A stretch of DNA of 64,000 nucleotides, taken from Planctomycetota bacterium (GTDB lineage Bacteria; Planctomycetota; UBA8108; UBA1146). The position numbers and the translations under genes were made by a program. This document shows, one piece after another, positions 56,794-64,000 of this stretch (within the stretch, counting starts at the first letter, position 1; each line of letters opens with the position of its first letter). The notes below the pieces were generated by a model. The model was not told where the DNA came from. It worked only from the letters and a program-made list of their open reading frames with translations, and made no database searches. The stretch spans positions 32,001 through 96,000 of the forward strand of contig JAYZBV010000113.1 of NCBI GenBank assembly GCA_036338595.1, written 5' to 3'.

Positions 56794-57548
56794 GTAGCGC
56801 AGACGAACTCGAACCTCGCCGAGAATTCGGACAGCGGATGATTGCCATCCTTTCTCGGCTGGTCGTGGACAGATTCAAGGATGGGTTGCCTGCAGACATC
56901 GAATCTGAACAACTCTTTCGGGACCAGCTCTGCGCTACATTTCCGGATGATCTGGTCGCCGGTGAGGAACTGGGAATGGACGCGGGAGCCGATCAGCAGG
57001 GCTGGCTGATTGATCCACTCGATGGCTCGACCAATCACGGCCATGGGATTCCCCTGTTTGCCGTTTCCATCGCCTACATACGCAACGGGACGGTGATTCT
57101 GGGGTGGGTCGCTGACCCGGTCAGAGGAGAGTGGTTCGAGGCGTGGCGCGGCCACGGAATCCAACTCGGGGGGCCGAGTCCCTCACTCGCCAGTTCGATC
57201 GAGGTACCGATGCTGTCGCTGTCCGATCACTGGAGGAGACGCTATCCCGACTGGCGGTCACAGTTTCCCCCATCGATCAAGGCCAGATCGATCGGATCGA
57301 TCGCTCTGGAGATGGCCTGGATCGCCTCCGGTAGGCTTCAGGGGGGCGCCTGGTACAGGACCCAGCCATGGGATGTGGCGGCGGGCGAGTTGTTGATCAG
57401 CGAGTCCGGTGGGACAGTGACGGTGGTCCCGGACGGCGGGCCCGGGGAGCGATTCGCCCTCTCCTCGGCATCCAGTTCCCTGCTGCCCTGCTTTGAAGCG
57501 GCGCTGGCTGGACACGGGATGGATGCACATCAAATCGATCCCGATTAG
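56790..57548 (+). CDS. inositol monophosphatase family protein
   Basis: GEE, WLIDPLDGSTN, R..GS.AL, PWDVAAG.L...E.GG. Confidence 0.88.
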   Translation: MSSADELEPRREFGQRMIAILSRLVVDRFKDGLPADIESEQLFRDQLCATFPDDLVAGEELGMDAGADQQGWLIDPLDGSTNHGHGIPLFAVSIAYIRNGTVILGWVADPVRGEWFEAWRGHGIQLGGPSPSLASSIEVPMLSLSDHWRRRYPDWRSQFPPSIKARSIGSIALEMAWIASGRLQGGAWYRTQPWDVAAGELLISESGGTVTVVPDGGPGERFALSSASSSLLPCFEAALAGHGMDAHQIDPD

Positions 57549-57587
57549 AATCCTGGAGCGAGTGACTGAACCCGACGAGAGGCGACG

Positions 57588-58088
57588 ATGACAGAACACA
57601 TCATCGAGGTGGCGATCGATAAATTGATCGGGGTTTCCCCGGAAGGAGCCGCTGTATTCCTCAGATGCTCCGAAAAGACCTTCGTCATCTTCATCGGACC
57701 TACCGAGGGGGAAGCGTTGGCACGCGCTCTTCAAGAACAGGACACTCCGCGGCCCCTGACTCACGACCTCTTGCGATCGATCCTGATTGGATTCGATCTC
57801 AAGATCACGAAGATGGTCATCTCCGAGATCCTCGATAGCGCCTTCTGTGCCACCCTGGTCCTGGTTCACGAGGGAACCGACAAGGATGAAATGAGAGCAG
57901 AGGTGCGTATCGACTCGAGGCCCAGTGACGCATTCGTTCTTTCAGCCAGAATAGGCTTCCCGATATTTGTATCGAAAAAGGTACTCGATCAGGTCAACGA
58001 TGTGACCGATCTGAGGATCTCCGATATCCCCTTGCCAGACTTCCCACCGATGTCTGAAATGGATCCCTCGGAAGATGAGGAAAACTGA
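57588..58088 (+). CDS. bifunctional nuclease family (DUF151) protein
   Basis: IFIG..EG, PRPLTHDLL, F.A.L, DSRPSDA...A.R...PIFV. Confidence 0.9.
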   Translation: MTEHIIEVAIDKLIGVSPEGAAVFLRCSEKTFVIFIGPTEGEALARALQEQDTPRPLTHDLLRSILIGFDLKITKMVISEILDSAFCATLVLVHEGTDKDEMRAEVRIDSRPSDAFVLSARIGFPIFVSKKVLDQVNDVTDLRISDIPLPDFPPMSEMDPSEDEEN

Positions 58089-58090
58089 CG

Positions 58091-58558
58091 ATGGCGAGGA
58101 CGACCGCCCGATCGAGTGCGCTTTGCTGCATCTACCTGCTGTTTGGTGGGTGTTGCCATGTCCCTGACGTGGATCGCCACTTCAGCACCGACGGTCCCTA
58201 TGAGACGGTTCGTTACTTCCGGTACGCCATCGATGCGGGGCAATACCCGGCTGCCTATCGTTGTCTAACTGGCACGAGTCAGGATCGAGTTTCTGCGCTC
58301 GCCTTCGAGGCGATGTTGCGATTCGCGGATGTACCACAACTGGGGGACATTCCCCTGAAGGAACTGCTGGTCTATTCCAGCATCGATCCTGTCACTGAAC
58401 CGATCTCGGCTGGTGAGCCCGATCAGTGGGTCACTCTGATCTGGTCTTCCGAGGAGCAACTCATCGAGTACTCCTTGCTGCTTCAACCCGACTCCACAGG
58501 CCAGTGGCAGATTGATCTGCTCCTGACCCGAGGTGTCGATCTCGGTGGAGCGATGTGA
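58091..58558 (+). CDS. hypothetical lipoprotein
   Basis: Lipobox-like FGGC; P.ETV..F..AI..G.Y..AY..L segment; operonic spacing. Confidence 0.65.
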   Translation: MARTTARSSALCCIYLLFGGCCHVPDVDRHFSTDGPYETVRYFRYAIDAGQYPAAYRCLTGTSQDRVSALAFEAMLRFADVPQLGDIPLKELLVYSSIDPVTEPISAGEPDQWVTLIWSSEEQLIEYSLLLQPDSTGQWQIDLLLTRGVDLGGAM

Positions 58559-59697
58559 TGGACTCGGTCTATCTCGATTTCAATGCAACGACACCCATCC
58601 ATGCTGAGATTGCTCACCAGATGTCCGGTTGGCTCCTTGCCGGGGAACCATCCAACCCATCCAGTTTGCACAGTCACGGCAGGGAAGCGCGTCGGTTTCT
58701 CGAGGAAGCGCGCCAGCGACTTGCTACCTATCTGCGTGTGGATCCTGCAGAACTACACTTCACCAGTGGTGGCACCGAATCCAACAACCTGGCGATGTTC
58801 GGGCTGGCACCTACCGATGCTCCGCTTCATGTCGGCGCCACCGAACACCCTTCGATTCTCGAACCTGCGAAACAGCAGTGGCAGAAGGGCCGCCCCGGAG
58901 GCTTGCTCGAGGTGGATCGCTTCGGGCGCATCCAGGAATTCGAGGTGGTGGAGGGCGCCCTCTACTCGATTCAATGGGTCAATAACGAGACCGGGATCAC
59001 TCAGGACATTTCAGCCCTGGCGACACGTATTCATGATGGTGGGGGCCGGTTACACATCGACGGGGCTCAGGGATTTTTCCGCCTCGACCCGACGCTGGCT
59101 GAACTCGGCGTCGACTCCGCATCGATCACAGCGCACAAATCCTTTGGTCCGATCGGTGTCGGCGCACTCTGGGTCAGAAGCGGAATGCTCATCGAACCGG
59201 TGATCCGAGGGGGACCCCAAGAGAAGAAGATCAGACCCGGTACCGAGAACCTTCCAGCCATTCGAGGACTTGGACTGCTCGCAGAAATCGCCGGGCGAAC
59301 TCCCCTCTGGAGTCTTGACCAGCTGAGGGATTCCAGAGCCGCTCTGGTCGCCAACCTGGAGTCGGTTCCCGACACACGCATCGTCGAGCACCAACCACAG
59401 GACTGGCCCGGCTGTCTGCACATCGGATTTCTTGGCATCCATGCCGAAACACTACTGGTCAGGCTCGATATGGCAGGGATATCCGCTTCCAGCGGTTCTG
59501 CATGCTCATCCGGAGCAAGGGAGCCGAGCCATGTACTGGCGGCGATGGGTGTCGAGCACGAATGGATCCGTGGCTCCATTCGCCTGTCGCTGGGGCCGAC
59601 CTGCAGTGTTGACCGGATGGCCAGTGTGGGATCCCAGCTGGCACGAATTGTTTCAGAGCTGCGTCAAAGAGATCTCCAGTCTCCTCCCATCGCATAA
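58555..59697 (+). CDS. cysteine desulfurase (IscS/NifS group I)
   Basis: YLDFNATTP, NPSSLH, FTSGGTESNN, VNNETG, H.DGAQ, TAHK, RPGTEN, SSGSAC. Confidence 0.93.
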   Translation: MMDSVYLDFNATTPIHAEIAHQMSGWLLAGEPSNPSSLHSHGREARRFLEEARQRLATYLRVDPAELHFTSGGTESNNLAMFGLAPTDAPLHVGATEHPSILEPAKQQWQKGRPGGLLEVDRFGRIQEFEVVEGALYSIQWVNNETGITQDISALATRIHDGGGRLHIDGAQGFFRLDPTLAELGVDSASITAHKSFGPIGVGALWVRSGMLIEPVIRGGPQEKKIRPGTENLPAIRGLGLLAEIAGRTPLWSLDQLRDSRAALVANLESVPDTRIVEHQPQDWPGCLHIGFLGIHAETLLVRLDMAGISASSGSACSSGAREPSHVLAAMGVEHEWIRGSIRLSLGPTCSVDRMASVGSQLARIVSELRQRDLQSPPIA

Positions 59698-59733
59698 AAA
59701 ATACACCGGGGTCTCGACGTATCGAGACCCCGG
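59695..59733 (-). terminator. intrinsic terminator of the actin-like operon (possibly bidirectional)
   Basis: Perfect 12-bp stem CCGGGGTCTCGA-CGTA-TCGAGACCCCGG, followed on the minus strand by TGTATTTTTT. Confidence 0.8.
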
Positions 59734-59767
59734 CAGAGAAGGGGGGGAGTGCATTGGAATCTTCGGA

Positions 59768-60865
59768 TCACTTTCTCATCTGGCTCCAGTACTCTTCTGG
59801 CATCTCCTGGGCCAGTTTCAGTGCACCTTGCGCACCTGCGTAAACCGGATCGTCGACAATCATGACTCGGCCTCCGCCGAGTGCTTCCAGTCCCTGTTCG
59901 AGGGCTTCCTGGAGGCCAAAGACTTGCGATCCTCCGCCGCTGACGATGATCCTGTTGCGGATACGATGCTGGAATTCTGGATCGAAGGAGGCTACCAGGG
60001 ATTGAATCCCTTGTGTAATCCACGGGACCAGTTCCTCGACGGCACTTCGTAGTTGCGGAGTGATGTCGATCTTGGTTGGGCAACCGGCCACGGGAAAGGT
60101 CACCAGAGCGCGATTTTCGGTATCGACCACGCTGCTGAAACGCTCCTTGGCGGTCTTGATCATGTTCGTTGTGAATTGAACCTGGGGGTGGGCCTCACGT
60201 ATCAATTCTGCGAGCCGTTGATCGACATAATTTCCGGCCCGAAATACGGTGACCTGGTCTTCTACTCCGGGCAGGCTGCCTGCCATCCGGCACAGGTCGA
60301 TGGTGCCAGCACCGATGTCGATGACGATGGCATTCTCCAGAGCACCGACGGCGTATGCGACGGAAAAGGGTTCTGATACCACCATCACACCATCGATGCC
60401 TGCGTCCCTGGCCAGATCCACGATCGCCTGCTTGTTCGCGCGTGTGGCTTCGGCTGGCGCACCGATCACGGCACAAACCGCCTGATCGGGCCTCGGATTA
60501 CTGGCCTTTCGCAACTGGGCCAGAAGCGTGACACCCGCCTTTCGCGACGCTTCCCTTTCGTTACCGCTCAACTCGGTGAACGCAAGATTTCCTGCGCTCA
60601 ATGGGTAACAGGTATTGAGTGCCAGCCGATTTTCCAGCACAGCGTCGCCCACAACGATGCTGGCGCCCAGTACCCTGGCAGATACCGAGTCCTTGGGCCA
60701 ACCGACCAGGCTCGCCATCACTTCACGGGCACCATTGGAACTGGCGATGGCGCTTCGGCTCGTCCCCAGATCGATTCCAACATGCAAGATACTCGTCTTG
60801 CTGCTGACCCATGGGGCGGCCACATCTTTGTCACTGTCTTGTTGCATCTTGTTTTCCGGGGTCAT
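59768..60865 (-). CDS. MamK-family actin-like ATPase
   Basis: GIDLGTS, VGWPKD, VVGD, YPL..G, AVIGAPA, VVSEPF, DIGAGT.DLC, EDQVT...AGNYVD, KE.FS, PEFQ, GGGS, GAL.LA.E.P..YW: collinear with MamK as recalled, not MreB. Confidence 0.88.
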   Translation of the reverse strand: MTPENKMQQDSDKDVAAPWVSSKTSILHVGIDLGTSRSAIASSNGAREVMASLVGWPKDSVSARVLGASIVVGDAVLENRLALNTCYPLSAGNLAFTELSGNEREASRKAGVTLLAQLRKASNPRPDQAVCAVIGAPAEATRANKQAIVDLARDAGIDGVMVVSEPFSVAYAVGALENAIVIDIGAGTIDLCRMAGSLPGVEDQVTVFRAGNYVDQRLAELIREAHPQVQFTTNMIKTAKERFSSVVDTENRALVTFPVAGCPTKIDITPQLRSAVEELVPWITQGIQSLVASFDPEFQHRIRNRIIVSGGGSQVFGLQEALEQGLEALGGGRVMIVDDPVYAGAQGALKLAQEMPEEYWSQMRK

Positions 60866-60867
60866 GA

Positions 60868-61569
60868 CTACCTTCCTTCTCGGTCCTGTGATCGTGTTTC
60901 TCCGGTTGCTGAGTCTTCTGCAAGGGATCGAAGAGCCACATTTGCCTGAAACAGTTGATCCAGGAGTTCTGATTTCTTGTTGTCAAAGGGGGACTTCACT
61001 TCTAACTCGTCGATCGCTGGATCGCCCTCGCTGGCGAGAGCGTGATCGGTCGCCTGAAGTGCAAGCGTCAATTCTTCGATCCTCATTTCGAGCCTTTCGA
61101 CCTGAGTGCGTTGGGAATCTCTTACCGTGGCCAGCTCGGATCTCCAGTCGCGCGCAATCAGCCGCGACAGTTGCACGAGCAGCGCCTTCTCTCTCTGTCC
61201 AAGCGCTCCAGTGGAGGCACCTGTCGAGGGCCGTGGTTGCTGTGCTTGCGGCGCCTCGGTGGGCGCAGCAATTTCTCTCGATGGGACGGCCACTTCCGGC
61301 AGATCCGCAGGAGGCGGCGGGGGGCTGGTGGGGGGAGCCATCAGATAGCTCTGGGCTCGATCCAGCAACAGTTCCCGTTCCTCGACACTGATCTGGATCT
61401 CTTCTAGCAACTCGGTCAGCGCTCTCGCGAGTGCTTTCCTGGCCGTGTCTCGCAACTGGCTCGCAGAGACGACTCGCAACTTGTGGATGCCCTTCTTCTG
61501 AAGGTCTTGCAGTTCGTGCATGGAACTGGCTCGAAGCGACCAGGGGCTATCACTGGCTTCAGGAGTCAT
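60868..61569 (-). CDS. hypothetical cytoplasmic protein: helical N-terminus, Pro-rich linker, coiled coil, amphipathic C-terminal helix
   Basis: GAAAGGA RBS; stop 2 nt before the actin start; no TM or signal peptide. Confidence 0.8.
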   Translation of the reverse strand: MTPEASDSPWSLRASSMHELQDLQKKGIHKLRVVSASQLRDTARKALARALTELLEEIQISVEERELLLDRAQSYLMAPPTSPPPPPADLPEVAVPSREIAAPTEAPQAQQPRPSTGASTGALGQREKALLVQLSRLIARDWRSELATVRDSQRTQVERLEMRIEELTLALQATDHALASEGDPAIDELEVKSPFDNKKSELLDQLFQANVALRSLAEDSATGETRSQDREGR

Positions 61570-61968
61570 CTCGGTCCTTTCTGCTGCAGCCGCGGGAGTA
61601 CCGCAGTGCTGGTGGAGGGGAGGCAAACGGCGTGCCCGCAACCGATCGAGGTTCCCGGCAGGATCGCCGCACCTCCCGACCCCAACTCCGTACCGATGGC
61701 GACCCGTGTGTCCCGGTTGTTGACAATCGGCAGCCTGTGTCCTATCCGAGGTGAGGGGGGGGGTGCCGAAAAGAGGGATCGGGTGCTACAATAGGACCAT
61801 CTGACACGGATTCCGCGCTGGAACGGTCGTCAGTGCGAGGATGCGGTGAGTCCCGATTCGGGTCCCTCGCCACCAAACGGGCCTATAATCAGTCCCGGTG
61901 CCATCCTCTGGATCGAGTTACCAGTCGATCCTCGCCCAGGATGTGCGCGCCCGAACAGGAGTCTACTC

Positions 61969-63288
61969 ATGGTTCACCTTCGTACCCCGGTGCTTTTCAT
62001 CGGCCTGCTCTTGCTGATGGTCATCTCGACACCACTCGCAGCACAGAATCCTGATTACATCTTTCATTTTGATACCAGTAGTTCAGGTCCTTCCGGTGCT
62101 GTCGTCACCACCCGAGCGTTGATCGATAACAACGGTGGAAATCTTGCAGGCTGGTCGATCGCCATCTGTCACGATTCCGCAATGGAGGTGATCGAGGCGG
62201 TCAGTGGATCCGCACCCAATACAGCCAACGCCGGCAGCCCAGCAGATTTCGATGAGCTGAGCCTGTTTCCCGGTTTTGGAGTGCGGCAGGGTGTTGTGAT
62301 CAATTTTGTCGGACAAAATGATCTTCCCATCAACACGGACCATGAGGCGATCGTGATGCAGGCACAGTTGCTGGGACCGGACGACACCTTTGCAGCCATC
62401 GATTACTGCACTGCGATTTTTCCAGGTGACTCTTCAGAATCGGAAAATCTGGCAGTGGCTCCCGGTGGAGTGGCCATCGAACCGACGACCATCGATGGAC
62501 TCATCGAGATCGGAGGATTGCTTCCTTTCGAACTGAGCGCCTCGCCCTCAGCGAGTAGCGTCGAGCAGGGACTCGATGTGGATGTCCAGATGCTGCTGGA
62601 TGCTCCCGTTGAGAATTACGGATTTTCCTTTGGCTTCGCCCACTCTGGCGAGGCGTTGATCCTACTGTCTGCCGAGGCTGGTGCCGCCCTCACAGCTCTC
62701 AATGGTGGCGACGGACCGGAATTCCTGGCCCTGGATATCGATCCGGTGGGAGCAGACGGCCTGATCGCCGCTTGTCTCTACTCGGTCTCCGATCTGACGA
62801 CGCTCCCTGCGGGCAATGGCCAGGAGTTGATCATCGGCCACTATCAGGTTGCCGACACGGCACCGATCGGCAGCACCGCTCTTGATTTCACCGATACCCT
62901 GGTGCCGCAGGTTTCTTCACCTCCGACAGCCATCGTGGTTTCGCTCGGCCTGTCCGGATCCGTTGTCCAGACATCGGGCACCAGTATCGAGATCCTCGAG
63001 GGGGTCGTCGGTGTCCAGTTCATGCGCGGCGATTTTGATGGAAACGGCGCTCTCAACCTGGGCGATCCGGTGAATCTGCTCGATTACATGTTCAGCGGCG
63101 GAGCCGCCTCCGCTTGCGAGAAGAATGGCGATATCGATGACAGTGGCAGCATCGTGCTGGGAGATCCGGTCCTGCTGCTGACCTACATGTTCTCGGGAGG
63201 AGAGCCTCCTGCTGCGCCATTTGACGAATGTGGAATCGATCCCACCGAGGATGATCTCACCTGCGAGCAGTTTGACGCCTGTCCCTGA
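61969..63288 (+). CDS. secreted protein with two cohesin-like beta-sandwich domains and a C-terminal dockerin-like domain
   Basis: Signal peptide; two internal repeats (GWSIAICHD / GFSFGFAHS ... P.F..L ... LP....E ... ID/DF ... G.IEI); FMRGDFDGNG..NLGD...C....DIDDSG...LGD...CGIDPT.D.L.C tail. Confidence 0.75.
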   Translation: MVHLRTPVLFIGLLLLMVISTPLAAQNPDYIFHFDTSSSGPSGAVVTTRALIDNNGGNLAGWSIAICHDSAMEVIEAVSGSAPNTANAGSPADFDELSLFPGFGVRQGVVINFVGQNDLPINTDHEAIVMQAQLLGPDDTFAAIDYCTAIFPGDSSESENLAVAPGGVAIEPTTIDGLIEIGGLLPFELSASPSASSVEQGLDVDVQMLLDAPVENYGFSFGFAHSGEALILLSAEAGAALTALNGGDGPEFLALDIDPVGADGLIAACLYSVSDLTTLPAGNGQELIIGHYQVADTAPIGSTALDFTDTLVPQVSSPPTAIVVSLGLSGSVVQTSGTSIEILEGVVGVQFMRGDFDGNGALNLGDPVNLLDYMFSGGAASACEKNGDIDDSGSIVLGDPVLLLTYMFSGGEPPAAPFDECGIDPTEDDLTCEQFDACP

Positions 63289-63352
63289 GGCGACCGGGAC
63301 TTTCCAGCGCATGTGGTGTCTTCTAGGATAACTGCGAGAGGGGCACGCGCAG

Positions 63353-63730
63353 GTGGTGGAGCCGGGAGCAATCGCGATCCAATTTCCTGAGGGGGCTCGA
63401 CCCGCCTCCGCACAGACGGTGCGGGAGGCCCCTCGGGATTCTCAAACCGCCACCCGGATTCCAGCGCCGGGGTCCGTCATATCTTCAGATCCTTCTCAGG
63501 ACGCCGCTGAGGTCCCCACGGTAGCGACCTTGATGCAATGGCGAGTGCGTGCGGGAGATACCGTCGAGGAGGGCCAGGAGTTGCTGCTGGTGGCTCTCGG
63601 AGATCAACTCCACGCGGTTCCCTCTCCGGTGGCGGGTATCCTTCTCGTTCACTGGTCAGAAGCGGGCGATCCGATCGGCTCCGGGGAAACCCTGGGCTGG
63701 ATCCGACCGCGGCTGGCGATCCAGGACTGA
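63353..63730 (+). CDS. stand-alone biotinyl/lipoyl-carrier-like domain protein lacking the acceptor lysine
   Basis: QW.V..GD.VEEGQ.L..V......VPSP.AG.L......GD.I..G..L..I pattern; start uncertain. Confidence 0.6.
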   Translation: MVEPGAIAIQFPEGARPASAQTVREAPRDSQTATRIPAPGSVISSDPSQDAAEVPTVATLMQWRVRAGDTVEEGQELLLVALGDQLHAVPSPVAGILLVHWSEAGDPIGSGETLGWIRPRLAIQD

Positions 63731-63984
63731 ACACGTGAGGGAGCAGTGGTGGGTGGTTTCTATCCACAATTGCCGAGATGCCGGGTGCCATCGGACAATT
63801 TCCAACCGCAGTCGTAATCCCTGACTTCTTAGCACCTTAGAGTCTTGGTCCTGGACCCCATGCGAGACACTGGCCAGTATCTGATCACTCCGTCCATCTC
63901 CTGCCTCGCCCACGGTTTCCGCTAAATCGTCCTAAACTCGTTCCAAGAAGTGGCTTGGGGTGTCGTGGATGGGGAGTCGTCCGA

Positions 63985-64000
63985 TTGGCACGGACAATGC
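63985..64000 (+). promoter_or_regulatory. sigma54 (-24/-12) promoter candidate for a gene beyond the window
   Basis: TTGGCACG-GACA-ATGC: GG-N10-GC spacing, one mismatch from TGGCACG-N4-TTGC. Confidence 0.55.

Noticed and set aside
57588..63288. magnetosome gene island around the MamK-like gene
   Set aside because: Neighbours are DUF151, cysteine desulfurase and cohesin/dockerin genes; no CDF transporter, magnetochrome CxxCH, HtrA or LemA-like mam genes. The TPR protein at 50636 is a lipoprotein tied to an ASPIC gene, not MamA
63760..63768. oriC / DnaA-box cluster
   Set aside because: Only one 8/9 match (CTATCCACA) and no AT-rich unwinding element

Overview
Gene-dense, GC-rich bacterial chromosome segment. 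The inferred source is a Planctomycetota-type organism, based on the dockerin-like 'F.RGD.N.DG' tails, HEAT-VWA proteins, ASPIC/UnbV protein and dimeric GlyRS. The core is a long + strand housekeeping cluster: tRNA-Gln, glmU, prs, rplY, pth, rpsF, ssb, rpsR, rplI, dnaB, skp, lpxC-fabZ, lpxA, a Gfo/GnnA-like gene, rpsB, tsf, pyrH, frr, tRNA-Lys and tRNA-Glu. The window also holds apaH, ktrAB, mnmH, lpxD, argS, glyQS, thiolase/fadJ, pgk, a cysteine desulfurase and five tRNAs in total. No transposase, prophage or CRISPR array was seen. The most striking element is a two-gene operon with its own terminator. It encodes a MamK-family actin and an unknown helix/Pro-rich-linker/coiled-coil partner, with no magnetosome genes nearby, so it is a candidate undescribed cytoskeletal positioning system. 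Other leads: a cohesin-cohesin-dockerin surface scaffold with dispersed dockerin-bearing proteins, two candidate structured RNAs, a perfect 4x21-bp tandem repeat upstream of tRNA-Ala, a ribosomal S6 with a ~150-aa acidic repeat tail, a lysine-free lipoyl/biotinyl-like domain, and a translationally coupled mazG-moxR pair. All family calls come from motif recognition by eye, not database searches. Several start codons were moved to positions supported by ribosome-binding sites.
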